This document shows, one piece after another, positions 9,233 to 19,282 of a stretch of 64,000 bases of DNA; position 1 is the stretch's first letter; every line of letters starts with the position of its first letter. The stretch is from Bacillota bacterium. Lineage in GTDB: Bacteria > Bacillota > Clostridia > Christensenellales > CAG-138. Below the pieces are notes generated by a model. That model was given only the letters and a program-made list of their open reading frames with translations. It did no database searches and was not told the DNA's origin. The position numbers and the translations under genes were made by a program. The stretch is from contig JAEEKE010000131.1 in assembly GCA_016282255.1 (NCBI GenBank), forward strand, positions 1,671 to 65,670. The letters are read 5' to 3'.

Positions 9233-9727
9233 ATGATAAAGATCGGATTTATGGATAAATCACGCGCGCAGGAGCTGATGCCCGAGCTTTTCGAGCTGCT
9301 CTACGCCAACATGAACGAGATCGACCCGGCGGGAGAGGATCATGATAGCTTTAAGGAAGAATGGCTCACCGAGCTCATCCCGGCTGTAATGAAGCCCGCA
9401 CGGCGGATAGTTTTGATAGAGGATGAAGAAAAGCTGATAGGATACTTTCAGTATTATGTCAACGCGGATACGTTCATGATGGAGGAGATACAGTTCGTCA
9501 AGGAGCGGCAGGGAACGGGTCTGTTCAGAGAACTGTACCGTTTCCTGCGCGACGCGGTACCGGCGGACATTGAGTTCGCGGAAGCATACGCCCTGAACGC
9601 GAACCTTCGCTCTCAGGCCATCCTTACGCACATCGGCCTTGAGCCTATCGGCGAGAGCGCAAACGGCAGATGCATCCACTATCGGGGCGACTGCAGAGCT
9701 ATGTTCGACAGGATACTGAATACATAA
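9233..9727 (+). CDS. GNAT-family N-acetyltransferase
   Basis: QGTGL acetyl-CoA motif and N.RSQAIL..IG; GAGGT RBS before ATG 9233. Confidence 0.7.
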   Translation: MIKIGFMDKSRAQELMPELFELLYANMNEIDPAGEDHDSFKEEWLTELIPAVMKPARRIVLIEDEEKLIGYFQYYVNADTFMMEEIQFVKERQGTGLFRELYRFLRDAVPADIEFAEAYALNANLRSQAILTHIGLEPIGESANGRCIHYRGDCRAMFDRILNT

Positions 9728-9743
9728 TATTGATTGCCCGATA

Positions 9744-9780
9744 GATAAAAGGCGGAACGATGATCGTCCCGCCTTTTATC
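9744..9780. terminator. Bidirectional terminator between convergent genes
   Basis: GATAAAAGGCGG / CCGCCTTTTATC inverted repeat. Confidence 0.8.
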
Positions 9781-9781
9781 T

Positions 9782-10477
9782 TTAATCCACTCCGCGCAGC
9801 TGCGCTTCCGGTATGTATTCCTGAATGATCTTTAAATATTCCTTCATTTTTTCATGGGAGGCGGGGGAGTGCCCGTCCTCGATCAAAGCACCGGAATCAA
9901 CAAACTTCTGCAGGAAGAAATGCTTCTCGCCTCTAAGCCATTCGCCTATACCTATTATATCATTTTCGGTATGAAGATCGCCGACGACCGTAGTTCTGAA
10001 TTCATGCTCGATCCCTGAGCTGCGGATCAGATCGACGCTTTTAAGTATGGGCGCAACGTCGAATCTCCTGAGCCCAACAAGTTTTGCGTAGTTTTCAGGC
10101 GCCGCCTTGATATCCATTGCGATATAATCGACGATGCCCTCTTCGATCACGGCACTAAGCTTGTCCGTCAGGAATCCGTTCGTATCAAGCTTGAGAAGAA
10201 GGCCGAGCTCCCTGCATCTTTTGATGAACGGGATCAGGTCCTCCTGAAGCAAAGGTTCGCCGCCTGAAATGCAGATCCCTTCAAGCATGCCTCTGCGTTT
10301 GGTGATAAACGAGAATACGTCCTCCTCGGGAATGGAGGGGTTGAGCCTCGGACTGATAACAAGATCGGAATTCTGGCAGAACGGGCAGCGGAAATTGCAG
10401 CCGGCGGTGAACACCGTGCATGCGACGTGTCCGGGAAAATCCAGCAGAGTAAGCTTTTGAAGTCCTTTGATATCCAT
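9782..10477 (-). CDS. nrdG: Anaerobic ribonucleotide reductase activating protein (NrdG2-type radical SAM)
   Basis: GLQKLTLLDFPG...GCNFRCPFCQN, SGGEPL, KLDTNG, AMDIKA, EFRTT. Confidence 0.85.
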   Translation of the reverse strand: MDIKGLQKLTLLDFPGHVACTVFTAGCNFRCPFCQNSDLVISPRLNPSIPEEDVFSFITKRRGMLEGICISGGEPLLQEDLIPFIKRCRELGLLLKLDTNGFLTDKLSAVIEEGIVDYIAMDIKAAPENYAKLVGLRRFDVAPILKSVDLIRSSGIEHEFRTTVVGDLHTENDIIGIGEWLRGEKHFFLQKFVDSGALIEDGHSPASHEKMKEYLKIIQEYIPEAQLRGVD

Positions 10478-10559
10478 TATAATCTCCTGGCAGGTTTGGT
10501 ATGATTATAACTCAATTCACCGAAAACTAAAATATATTATTGCTGTATCCTGCAAATAC

Positions 10560-10588
10560 TTGACATAACGTCCTAAACGCGGTACAAT
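10560..10588 (+). promoter_or_regulatory. SigA promoter of the hrcA-dnaK operon
   Basis: TTGACA-17 nt-TACAAT. Confidence 0.85.
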
Positions 10589-10591
10589 GTG

Positions 10592-10618
10592 TTAGCACTC
10601 GAAGAGATTGAGTGCTAA
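10592..10618 (+). promoter_or_regulatory. CIRCE element (HrcA operator)
   Basis: Perfect TTAGCACTC-N9-GAGTGCTAA just downstream of the -10 box, upstream of hrcA. Confidence 0.98.
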
Positions 10619-10691
10619 TAGTGAACTTACGACCTCAGTCCATCGACTGTATGATCGCGAACTCAAGGGTAATGAATAACGGAGGAAAGAA

Positions 10692-11762
10692 ATGACCCAG
10701 CTGCTCGACGTTAGAAAAATGAATATCCTTCGTGCGATCATCGACGACTATATCCTCACCGCCGCACCGGTCGGTTCAAGGACGCTTTCCAAGCGCGACG
10801 ATATTGAGCTTTCGCCCGCCACGATCAGAAATGAGATGAGCGATCTGACCGAGCTCGGTTTCCTCGAGCAGCCCCATACGAGCGCGGGGCGCGTGCCGAG
10901 TGAGAAAGCATACAGGCTCTACGTAAGCAATATCATGGACAGAGCGCGCATCACCGACGAGGAAGCCGAATACATCCGGCGCCATCTCGAACAGCGCGTC
11001 AGCGAAGTGGGCGACGTCATCAAGGAGACCGCAAGGATGCTCTCCGGCATCACGAAATACACTTCGGTGGTCCAGAGCCCGCATATGAGGAACGCAAGGC
11101 TCAAGCATATCAGTCTGATCCCCGTAACGGACGGGTCCGCCCTCGCGGTGGTCGTAACGAACTCCGGCTCGACTTCATCGACGATGCTCAGCGTACCCAT
11201 GGGCATCGGTCCCCAGGATCTTGAGAAGATCTCCAAGCTTATGAACGAACGCATTGCCGGCTACAAGTTGACCGACGTTCACAAGACTCTGCTCCCGCTG
11301 CTGCGTGAGGAGATCGGCGAGCAGGCCGATTCGGTGGCCGAGATGCTCGAGAACATCGATTCCGATCTTTCCAAGCAGAGCGTTGAAGTCGTCGGCGCGT
11401 CCAAGATGCTCGATTATCCCGAGTATTCCGACGTTTCGAAGGCGCGTTCCTTCCTTACGGAAGTAGAACGCGGCGAGATGCTAAAAGAGGTGCTGGCGGA
11501 CGATCAGGGCGTTGAGATGACGGTCAGGATCGGTGCGGAGAACGATAATCCCGAGCTTAAGGACTGTTCGGTCGTTACCGTCAGTTACAAGGTCGGCGGA
11601 GAGCAGGTCGGCTCTATGGGCGTTATCGGCCCCACGAGAATGGACTACGGGCGCGTCGTTGCGGTGCTCAGATGCATGAGCGAAAGCCTCGGAAAAGTCC
11701 TTTCGCAGATGCTCGGAGCTTCGGATGACGGTGAAGACAATAAAAACGATCCCGTCAAATGA
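10692..11762 (+). CDS. hrcA: Heat-inducible transcription repressor HrcA
   Basis: PVGSRTL, SPATIRNEM, QPHTSAGRVPS, IGPTRMDY. Confidence 0.97.
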   Translation: MTQLLDVRKMNILRAIIDDYILTAAPVGSRTLSKRDDIELSPATIRNEMSDLTELGFLEQPHTSAGRVPSEKAYRLYVSNIMDRARITDEEAEYIRRHLEQRVSEVGDVIKETARMLSGITKYTSVVQSPHMRNARLKHISLIPVTDGSALAVVVTNSGSTSSTMLSVPMGIGPQDLEKISKLMNERIAGYKLTDVHKTLLPLLREEIGEQADSVAEMLENIDSDLSKQSVEVVGASKMLDYPEYSDVSKARSFLTEVERGEMLKEVLADDQGVEMTVRIGAENDNPELKDCSVVTVSYKVGGEQVGSMGVIGPTRMDYGRVVAVLRCMSESLGKVLSQMLGASDDGEDNKNDPVK

Positions 11763-11801
11763 TTATTCTTATCCGCTCAACAGCGGATGAAGGAGGCAGT
11801 T

Positions 11802-12497
11802 ATGGCGAAGCATAAAAACAAGAAGGGAAGCTTTGGTATGAACGATCAGGAAAAGAACAAGGAAGGCGTCAAGGCTGAGGAAACCGCGGCTGAGACCGAA
11901 ACCGTCGAAGCTGAGGCTTGCGAAACCGCAGCCGAAGAAAACGTAGAAAAAGCGGACGGCCGGAACAGTGAAGAGCTTAAAAATGAAGAGACTCCGGACG
12001 ACGGCAGCGTGACCCTCACGAAAGAGGAATTCGAGAAAGCACGCGACGAGATAGCGAGGATGCAGAAGGAGATCGAAACCCTCAAGGCAAACGTCGATTC
12101 CTCCGTTCAGGACGCGCAGCGCATACAGGCGGAGTTCAGCAATTTCCGCAAGCGCAACGCCTCGATCCGTTCCGAAAGCACCGACGACGGTATCCGTGAA
12201 GCGGTAAAAGCCCTGCTTCCCGTGCTCGACAATTTCGAACGCGCGTTCGCCGCTTCCGACGATTCGCCCTTCGCAAAGGGAGTAGAAAAGATCTACAAGC
12301 AGCTTATCGACTGCCTTAAGAAAGTCGGCATGGAGGAGATAGAGGCCGAGGGTCAGTTCGACCCGAACATGCACGAAGCCGTGCTCCAGGATACGGACAG
12401 CGACTGCGAAGCCGGCACTATCACCGCCGTTATGCAGAAGGGTTATCGCGTCAAAGGCAAGATAATCCGCCATACAATGGTCAGAGTCAAAGTCTGA
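11802..12497 (+). CDS. grpE: Nucleotide exchange factor GrpE
   Basis: AEFSNFRKR, LLPVLDNFERA, FDPNMHEAV, QKGY; AGGAGG RBS before ATG 11802. Confidence 0.96.
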   Translation: MAKHKNKKGSFGMNDQEKNKEGVKAEETAAETETVEAEACETAAEENVEKADGRNSEELKNEETPDDGSVTLTKEEFEKARDEIARMQKEIETLKANVDSSVQDAQRIQAEFSNFRKRNASIRSESTDDGIREAVKALLPVLDNFERAFAASDDSPFAKGVEKIYKQLIDCLKKVGMEEIEAEGQFDPNMHEAVLQDTDSDCEAGTITAVMQKGYRVKGKIIRHTMVRVKV

Positions 12498-12563
12498 CAG
12501 AAACCGTTTACAATTGCCCGAAAGGGCTTGACTAAATAAATAAGCTTTAGGAGGCTATGAACT

Positions 12564-14438
12564 ATGTCTAAGATCATCGGTATTGACCTCGGTACCACCA
12601 ATTCCTGCGTTGCCGTCCTCGAAGGCGGCGAACCCGTTGTTATCCCCAATCCCGAAGGCGCGCGCACCACTCCGTCCGTCGTCGCTTTCAAGAACGGCGA
12701 GCGTCTCGTCGGCCAGATCGCAAAGCGTCAGGCCATCAGCAATCCCGACAACACCGTAAGCTCCATCAAGCGTGAGATGGGCACCGACTACCGCCGCACC
12801 ATCGACGGTAAGTCCTACACTCCCCAGGAGATCTCCGCTATGATCCTTCATAAGCTCAAGGAGGACGCCGAAGCTTACCTCGGCGAAACCGTGACCGATG
12901 CGGTCATCACCGTCCCCGCTTATTTCTCTGATGCTCAGCGCCAGGCGACCAAGGACGCCGGCAAGATCGCTGGTCTCAACGTCCTGCGCATCATCAACGA
13001 GCCGACCTCTGCAGCGCTCGCATACGGCATCAATAAGGAGCAGAATCAGAAGGTCCTTATCTACGACCTCGGCGGCGGCACCTTCGACGTCTCCATCCTC
13101 GACATTGCGGACGGCGTTATCGAGGTTCTTGCGACCGCGGGCAACAACAGGCTCGGCGGCGACGACTTCGACGAAAGGCTCATGAACTATATCGCCGACG
13201 ATTTCAAAAAGAACAGCGGCATCGATCTGCGCAACGACCGTACCGCGAAGCAGAGGCTTAAGGAAGCTGCCGAGAAGGCGAAGATCGAGCTCTCCGGCAT
13301 GATGAGCGCAAGCGTCAATCTGCCGTTCATCTCCCTCGATCCCGTGACCAACAGCCCCGTTCATCTCGATATGAACATCAGCCGCGCCAAGTTCAACGAG
13401 CTGATCTCCGATCTGCTCGACAAGACCAAGGTCTGCGTGGAGCAGGCGCTCCGTGATGCTAAGCTGAAGACCTCTCAGATCGATAAGGTCATCCTCGTCG
13501 GCGGTTCGACCCGTGTGCCCGCCGTGCAGGAGCTTGTTAAGAACATCATCGGCAAGGAGCCCTTCAAGGGCATCAACCCCGATGAGTGCGTAGCCTGCGG
13601 CGCAGCCATCCAGGGCGGCGTTCTCGGCGGCGAAGTCAAGGACGTTCTGCTTCTGGACGTCACACCCCTCAGCCTCGGCATCGAGACCCTCGGCGGCGTG
13701 TTCACCAAGCTGATCGACCGCAACACCACCATCCCCACCAAGAAGAGCCAGGCACTCCACCCCGCGGCCGACGGCCAGACGAGCGTTGAGATCCACGTGC
13801 TCCAGGGCGAGCGCGAGATGGCGCAGTACAACCACTCCCTCGGTAAGTTCCAGCTCACCGGCATCGCTCCCGCGCCGCGCGGCATCCCGCAGATCGAAGT
13901 CACCTTCGATATCGACGCCAACGGCATCGTGCACGTCAGCGCCAAGGACCTCGGCACCGGCAACGAGCAGAATATCACGATCACCGCTTCCTCCAACCTG
14001 AGCGAAGCCGAGATCGAGAAGGCCGTCAAGGAGGCCGAGCGTTTCGCGGCTGAGGACAAAAAACGCAAGGAAGAGGTCGAGATCCACAATCATGCCGACA
14101 CCCTCGTCTACGAGACCGAGAAGACCATGAAGGAGCTCGGCGATAAGATCGCCGACAGCGACAAGGCCAGGATCAATTCCGAGATCGAGAGCCTCAAGAA
14201 CCTGCTCTCCGGCAACGATTCCGCTGCCATCAAGGCGCAGACCGAGAAGCTCACCGAGGTCTCCTATGAGGTCTTCGGCAAGATCTATCAGCAGGCTCAG
14301 CAGAATCAGGGCGCTTCCGGCCAGGGCTTCGATCCCAACAGCTATAATACCGGCGCACAGGGCGGAGGAACTTCTTCCTCGACTCATGATGACGGCGTTG
14401 TCGATGCCGATTATGAGGTCGTCGACGACAAGAAATAA
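12564..14438 (+). CDS. dnaK: Chaperone DnaK (Hsp70)
   Basis: [33 protein letters not shown]. Confidence 0.99.
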   Translation: MSKIIGIDLGTTNSCVAVLEGGEPVVIPNPEGARTTPSVVAFKNGERLVGQIAKRQAISNPDNTVSSIKREMGTDYRRTIDGKSYTPQEISAMILHKLKEDAEAYLGETVTDAVITVPAYFSDAQRQATKDAGKIAGLNVLRIINEPTSAALAYGINKEQNQKVLIYDLGGGTFDVSILDIADGVIEVLATAGNNRLGGDDFDERLMNYIADDFKKNSGIDLRNDRTAKQRLKEAAEKAKIELSGMMSASVNLPFISLDPVTNSPVHLDMNISRAKFNELISDLLDKTKVCVEQALRDAKLKTSQIDKVILVGGSTRVPAVQELVKNIIGKEPFKGINPDECVACGAAIQGGVLGGEVKDVLLLDVTPLSLGIETLGGVFTKLIDRNTTIPTKKSQALHPAADGQTSVEIHVLQGEREMAQYNHSLGKFQLTGIAPAPRGIPQIEVTFDIDANGIVHVSAKDLGTGNEQNITITASSNLSEAEIEKAVKEAERFAAEDKKRKEEVEIHNHADTLVYETEKTMKELGDKIADSDKARINSEIESLKNLLSGNDSAAIKAQTEKLTEVSYEVFGKIYQQAQQNQGASGQGFDPNSYNTGAQGGGTSSSTHDDGVVDADYEVVDDKK

Positions 14439-14574
14439 CGGCATAACGCTGTCAGCGGCATAAGCAGGCATTGCCGACTTGAGATAAAATCCGGGGCGCG
14501 GCGAACACCGTGCCCCGAAGCTTGCATATTTCGGAGCCTGATCCCTGATCGGGATCCGTACATTGGGGGCTGCC

Positions 14575-15771
14575 ATGGCAGATAAGAGAGATTATTACGA
14601 AATACTCGGCGTCAGCAAATCGGCGAGCGACGACGAGATCAAAACCGCATACCGTAAGCTTGCCAAAAAGTATCATCCGGATATGAACCCCGGTGATAAG
14701 GAAGCGGAGGAGAGGTTCAAGGAAGCCAACGAAGCGTACGAGGTGCTTTCGAACCCCGATAAGCGCGCTCAGTACGATCAGTTCGGGCATGCCGCATTCG
14801 ATCCCACCGCGGGCGCCTCAAGCGGTTTCAGCGGGTTCTCGGGCTTCTCCGGCGGCGGCTTCTCAGGCAGCGGCTTTACCGGCGCGTTCACCGGCTTTGA
14901 GGATATTCTCGGTTCGATGTTCAGCGGCGGTTTTGGCGGAAGCGGCTTCGGGACCGGCGGGCGTACAGCCCGAGCGAACGCCCCCGTTCAGGGCGACGAC
15001 CTTCGCTATACCTTGACCATAACCTTTGAGGAAGCCGCATTCGGCTGCAAGAAAGAGATCTCGTATCGCCGTGAGGAACGCTGCTCCGCATGCGGAGGGA
15101 CCGGCGCAAAGGCCGGAAGCGAAACCAAGACCTGCACCAAGTGCAAGGGTACCGGCACCATCAACGTGCAGCAGAACACCATGTTCGGCACGATGATGAG
15201 CACGAAGCCCTGCGACGCATGCGGCGGGACCGGTAAGATCATAGAGCATCCCTGCGACAGCTGCCGCGGCACCGGGCGTGACAGCAAGATATTAAAGGTT
15301 GCCGTCAACATCCCCGCCGGCATCGACGACGGTCAGACGATCCGCCTCGGAGGCAAAGGCGACGCGGGATATAACGGCGGGGCCGACGGAGACCTCCTCG
15401 TTTCCGTCCGCGTAAAGGATCATAAAAAATTCGTCCGCGAAGGCTTCGACCTTTATACGAATATGTCCATACCGATCACCACTGCGGTACTCGGCGGAGA
15501 AGTCAAGGTTCCCACGCTTTCGGGCGAGCTAAAATACAATATCCCCGCCGGCACTCAGAGCAGCACCACCTTCAGGCTGCGCGACCAGGGCATACAGAAG
15601 CTCCAGCAGCAGGGGAAGGGCGACCTTTACGTGAACGTAACCGTGGATATCCCGAAGCATCTCACCGAGGAACAGCGCAGGCTTTTCGAAGAGCTTGCCG
15701 TGACCTTCGGTACGGAACACGGCGAAGGCTCAACGCTCTTCAATAAGTTCAAGAAGAACAAAAAGAAATAA
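14575..15771 (+). CDS. dnaJ: Chaperone DnaJ
   Basis: J domain with HPD, G/F-rich region, four CxxCxGxG repeats. Confidence 0.98.
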   Translation: MADKRDYYEILGVSKSASDDEIKTAYRKLAKKYHPDMNPGDKEAEERFKEANEAYEVLSNPDKRAQYDQFGHAAFDPTAGASSGFSGFSGFSGGGFSGSGFTGAFTGFEDILGSMFSGGFGGSGFGTGGRTARANAPVQGDDLRYTLTITFEEAAFGCKKEISYRREERCSACGGTGAKAGSETKTCTKCKGTGTINVQQNTMFGTMMSTKPCDACGGTGKIIEHPCDSCRGTGRDSKILKVAVNIPAGIDDGQTIRLGGKGDAGYNGGADGDLLVSVRVKDHKKFVREGFDLYTNMSIPITTAVLGGEVKVPTLSGELKYNIPAGTQSSTTFRLRDQGIQKLQQQGKGDLYVNVTVDIPKHLTEEQRRLFEELAVTFGTEHGEGSTLFNKFKKNKKK

Positions 15772-15783
15772 CATAATCTGTTT

Positions 15784-15816
15784 AAGGACGGAAAATTGAT
15801 TTCTCCGTCCTTTTTT
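15784..15816 (+). terminator. Intrinsic terminator of the dnaK operon
   Basis: AAGGACGGA / TCCGTCCTT followed by T run. Confidence 0.75.
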
Positions 15817-15853
15817 GTTATAATCGTAGAAGAAAGAAATCAGGAGGCCGATA

Positions 15854-16570
15854 ATGACCGAAAACAGCAGAAAACCAAGGATCGGAATGATAGTTGCCGT
15901 GGAGATCGGAGCCGTGGCAAAGAGATATGAATCAAAGCTTGTCGATGTTCCCAGCGTCGGATTCGAAGTCAAGCTGTACAGCTGCGCTTCGTATGACATG
16001 TATATAGTAAACAGCGGGGCGGGGGAGATCGCGTCGTCTTCGGCGGCTCAGTTCCTTATCTCGGCTTTTAAAGTCGATATGATCGTCAATTTCGGTGTCG
16101 TCGGAGGACTGACCGAGGAGATGACCGTTTCAAAGCTTGCGGTCATTACAAGCGTCGTACATTACGATTTCGACGTTTCCGAATACATAAGCACGAGGAA
16201 AGCGCAGTATGCCAATTATCCTTCGTGCTATATCCCCACGAACGAACGCCTCGTTGAGCTTGCTGTCGCGATCGAGCCTACGCTTAAGAAGGTCATATGC
16301 GCAAGCGGCGATAAGTTCATCGGCGCTCCCGAAAGGAAGCAGGCGCTTAACCGCGAATACGGCGCAGATATCTGCGAGATGGAGGCCGCCGGCATAGTGC
16401 TTACCTGCAATCGCAGCAGCGTGCCCTGCCTGCTGATCAAAGCCGTATCCGATTCGATGAGGGGCGGCGCCGAAGAGTTTCAAAAGGAATTCGAGCGCTG
16501 TGCCGACATTTGCCTCGATACCGTTGAACGCATCATCGAGAACGAAAAATTCGATATAATTAGCCGATAG
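15854..16570 (+). CDS. mtnN: 5'-methylthioadenosine/S-adenosylhomocysteine nucleosidase
   Basis: SGAGE, NFGVVGGL, ASGDKF, CEMEAAG, KAVSD. Confidence 0.85.
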   Translation: MTENSRKPRIGMIVAVEIGAVAKRYESKLVDVPSVGFEVKLYSCASYDMYIVNSGAGEIASSSAAQFLISAFKVDMIVNFGVVGGLTEEMTVSKLAVITSVVHYDFDVSEYISTRKAQYANYPSCYIPTNERLVELAVAIEPTLKKVICASGDKFIGAPERKQALNREYGADICEMEAAGIVLTCNRSSVPCLLIKAVSDSMRGGAEEFQKEFERCADICLDTVERIIENEKFDIISR

Positions 16571-16574
16571 GGTA

Positions 16575-16629
16575 TTGACAACCGAATCGAATCAGCATAT
16601 AATAACACTTGTGCAATAGTTCAAGTGTT
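16575..16629 (+). promoter_or_regulatory. SigA promoter with ArsR/SmtB-type operator
   Basis: TTGACA (16575)-17 nt-TATAAT (16598), then inverted repeat AACACTTG-N10-CAAGTGTT (16604-16629) over the start site. Confidence 0.85.
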
Positions 16630-16651
16630 TACTTTATGTTAGGAGAAGGTT

Positions 16652-17008
16652 ATGAATACCACGATACCGCAATGCGATCACGTCGAATGCCATGAAGAGA
16701 TCGTTAAGAAAGTGACCGAAGAAATGCCCGATGAGGAGCTGCTGTATGACCTTGCAGAGCTGTTCAAGGTGTTCGGAGACAGCACCAGGATCAAGATCCT
16801 CTATCTGCTGTTTGAAAGCGAAATGTGCGTCTGCGATATAGCCGCGCTGCTCAACATGACCATATCCGCGATCTCGCACCAGCTCCGCGTGCTGAAGCAG
16901 TCCCAGCTCGTCCGATTCCGCAGGGAAGGGAAGACGGTCTATTATTCGCTTGCGGACGATCACGTTCGGTCCATACTCGCTCAGGGAATGGATCACGTCT
17001 GTGAATGA
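16652..17008 (+). CDS. ArsR/SmtB-family metal-sensing repressor (CadC/CzrA-like)
   Basis: FKVFGDSTRIKIL, EMCVCD, SAISHQLRVL, LADDHV. Confidence 0.93.
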   Translation: MNTTIPQCDHVECHEEIVKKVTEEMPDEELLYDLAELFKVFGDSTRIKILYLLFESEMCVCDIAALLNMTISAISHQLRVLKQSQLVRFRREGKTVYYSLADDHVRSILAQGMDHVCE

Positions 17009-17027
17009 CCGGAAAGGAAATGATATT

Positions 17028-17246
17028 ATGAAGAAGACTTATAAAGTTACCGGCGTTGACTGCGCCAACTGCGCTGCCAAGATGGAGCAGCAGATCTCGA
17101 AGCTCGAAGGGGTCAATTCCTGCAGCCTCAGCTTTGTTCTGCAGAAGCTGACTATCGACGCAGAGGATGAAATGTTTAACAGGATCCTTTCCGACGCTCA
17201 AGCGATAGTAAAAAGGATTGACAGAGGCGCCAAAATAGTCTGCTGA
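17028..17246 (+). CDS. Stand-alone heavy-metal-associated (HMA) domain protein
   Basis: GVDCANCAAKME; GAAAGGA RBS before ATG 17028. Confidence 0.88.
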   Translation: MKKTYKVTGVDCANCAAKMEQQISKLEGVNSCSLSFVLQKLTIDAEDEMFNRILSDAQAIVKRIDRGAKIVC

Positions 17247-17251
17247 AGGTT

Positions 17252-19120
17252 ATGAAAGAGCGCAGAAAAGAGCTTATCACCATTATCATCGGCGCCGTCC
17301 TGCTTTGCGGGGCGGCCGCTGCGGTAAGGCTCATTCCGGAGCTTCCCGGATGGGCCAAGCTGTTGATCTTCGCAGTTCCTTATCTCGTAGTCGGACTCGA
17401 GGTGATCCTTGACGCCGTCCACGGGATAATCGGCGGTGAGTTTCTAGACGAAAACTTCCTTATGACCGCTGCGTCGATCGGTGCGCTGCTTATCGGTGAA
17501 GGGCTTGAGGGCGTGCTCGTCATGCTGCTCTATCGCGTCGGGGAGCTGCTGCAGTCTATCGCCGTCGGCAGAAGCCGCGATGCGGTCGCAGCCCTTATGG
17601 ATATATGCCCCGAGACCGTCAGCCTCGAGACCGAGAACGGCGTAGTCGAGACCGATCCCGATAACGTTCATTCGGGCGATGTTTTCATCGTCAGGCCCGG
17701 GGAGCGCATTCCCATCGACGGCGTCGTGCTCGACGGCGTTTCCAGCCTCAATACCGCGGCGCTTACCGGGGAATCCTTTCCCGTAGACGTTTCGGCGGGC
17801 GACAGCGTCTCATCAGGCTGCATAAACACGAGCGGCCTGCTGCGCATAAAATCGAGCTGCGAGTATGAGGATTCCACCGTTGCGAGGATGCTCTCGCTTA
17901 TAGAAGGCGCGGCGGCGAACAAGGCAAGGAGCGAGAAATTCATAACTAAGTTCGCCCGCTTGTATACTCCGATCGTCTGCGGGCTCGCGGTGCTTCTTGC
18001 GGTGATACCCCCGCTGTTTTTCGGCGGCGAATGGAAGGACTGGATCTATCGCGCGCTCAACTTCCTTGTTATCTCCTGCCCCTGCGCGCTTGTGATCTCT
18101 GTACCGCTGACCTTCTTTGGCGGCATCGGCGGCGCAAGCAAAAAGGGCATACTCGTCAAAGGCTCGAACTGCCTTGAGAGCCTCGCAAAATGCGGAACTT
18201 TCGTTTTCGATAAGACCGGCACGCTGACAAACGGCATTTTCGCGATCTCGGCTATTCACGAAGCGGAGGGCTTTCCTGGAGGCGAATTGCTTCGGTACAC
18301 GGCCGCTGCAGAGCGCTATTCGACTCATCCGCTCGCCTTATGCGTTCGCGAAAAATACGAAAAGGAGTTCTCAGGCACTGCATTCCCCGAAGCATCCGAC
18401 TATGAGGAGCTTGCGGGCCGCGGCGTAAAAGCAAAAGTCCAAGGCAAGACCGTGCTTGCCGGAAACATCCTGCTGATGAAAGAAAACGGTATAGAAGCAG
18501 TGGAAGAGAGCTGCACCGGCAGTATAATCTACACCGCGGTCGACGGCAGATTCGCCGGCAGTATCGTTATAGAAGACGCGGATAAGCCCGGCGCACCCGA
18601 CGCGATCGCCGAGCTGAAGAACAAATGCGGTATCAAAACCGTTATGCTCACGGGCGACCGCGCGGAGATCGGCAACAAGGTTGCCGAAAAACTCGGGCTC
18701 GATGAAGCGTACACAGAGCTTCTGCCGGAGGATAAGGTCCGTCACGTCGAAAGGCTCATTTCGGAGCAGGATTCAAAGCAGACCACAGCCTTCGTAGGCG
18801 ACGGCATCAACGACGCGCCCGTTATCGCAAGGGCCGATATAGGCTTTGCAATGGGCGGGCTCGGGTCCGACGCCGCGATAGAAGCCGCGGATATCGTGCT
18901 TATGGACGATCGGATCGAAAAGATCCCTCTCTCCGTCCGGATCGCAAAGCGTACGGTCGGCATTGCCGTGCAGAATATTGTATTCGCGCTTGCGGTCAAG
19001 CTTATAGTACTCGTCCTCGGCGCGCTCGGATACGCCGAGATGTGGATGGCGATAATCGCGGACGTCGGAGTGTGCCTGCTTGCCGTGCTCAACGCGATGC
19101 GCGCGATGCATGTTGAATAA
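17252..19120 (+). CDS. cadA: Cd/Zn/Co-translocating P1B-type ATPase
   Basis: TGES, SCPCAL, DKTGTLT, HP, GDGINDAP, ADVG. Confidence 0.93.
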   Translation: MKERRKELITIIIGAVLLCGAAAAVRLIPELPGWAKLLIFAVPYLVVGLEVILDAVHGIIGGEFLDENFLMTAASIGALLIGEGLEGVLVMLLYRVGELLQSIAVGRSRDAVAALMDICPETVSLETENGVVETDPDNVHSGDVFIVRPGERIPIDGVVLDGVSSLNTAALTGESFPVDVSAGDSVSSGCINTSGLLRIKSSCEYEDSTVARMLSLIEGAAANKARSEKFITKFARLYTPIVCGLAVLLAVIPPLFFGGEWKDWIYRALNFLVISCPCALVISVPLTFFGGIGGASKKGILVKGSNCLESLAKCGTFVFDKTGTLTNGIFAISAIHEAEGFPGGELLRYTAAAERYSTHPLALCVREKYEKEFSGTAFPEASDYEELAGRGVKAKVQGKTVLAGNILLMKENGIEAVEESCTGSIIYTAVDGRFAGSIVIEDADKPGAPDAIAELKNKCGIKTVMLTGDRAEIGNKVAEKLGLDEAYTELLPEDKVRHVERLISEQDSKQTTAFVGDGINDAPVIARADIGFAMGGLGSDAAIEAADIVLMDDRIEKIPLSVRIAKRTVGIAVQNIVFALAVKLIVLVLGALGYAEMWMAIIADVGVCLLAVLNAMRAMHVE

Positions 19121-19133
19121 ACCGTTTTAAGCA

Positions 19134-19157
19134 GGGAGCCGGCAAGGCTCCTTTTTT
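19134..19157 (+). terminator. Intrinsic terminator
   Basis: GGAGCC-GGCAA-GGCTCC followed by T6. Confidence 0.75.
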
Positions 19158-19191
19158 GTTCATTCGATAGTTCAAAATCGGCCAAAAACGT

Positions 19192-19220
19192 TTGCAATCG
19201 TACCCGAATGATGTTATAAT
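19192..19220 (+). promoter_or_regulatory. SigA promoter of bcd-etf
   Basis: TTGCAA-17 nt-TATAAT with extended TG. Confidence 0.75.
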
Positions 19221-19282
19221 CAAATAGTGAGCATATACACAAAAACTATGCTTGAATCGCAGCATGATCGAAAGGAGTAAAC

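Noticed and set aside
10524-10548. AT-rich near-palindrome upstream of nrdG as an NrdR box
   Set aside because: The match to the NrdR consensus is too weak and no second box is visible.
14491-14517. GC-rich hairpin between dnaK and dnaJ as an ncRNA
   Set aside because: Short stem with no other structure; such stabiliser or attenuator hairpins are ordinary in dnaK operons.
12555-14576. 673-aa ORF antisense to dnaK
   Set aside because: Well-known shadow ORF on the opposite strand of hsp70 genes, caused by codon bias; no RBS or independent motifs.
14818-14960. Repetitive AGCGGNTTC-like sequence
   Set aside because: It encodes the normal G/F-rich region of DnaJ; not a DNA repeat array.
16575-19157. 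Cad-type metal resistance unit as a mobile cassette, or HMA plus cadA as a broken gene
   Set aside because: No mobility genes or flanking repeats. The HMA ORF has its own RBS and stop, cadA has its own ATG in another frame, and this split arrangement is common in Clostridia.
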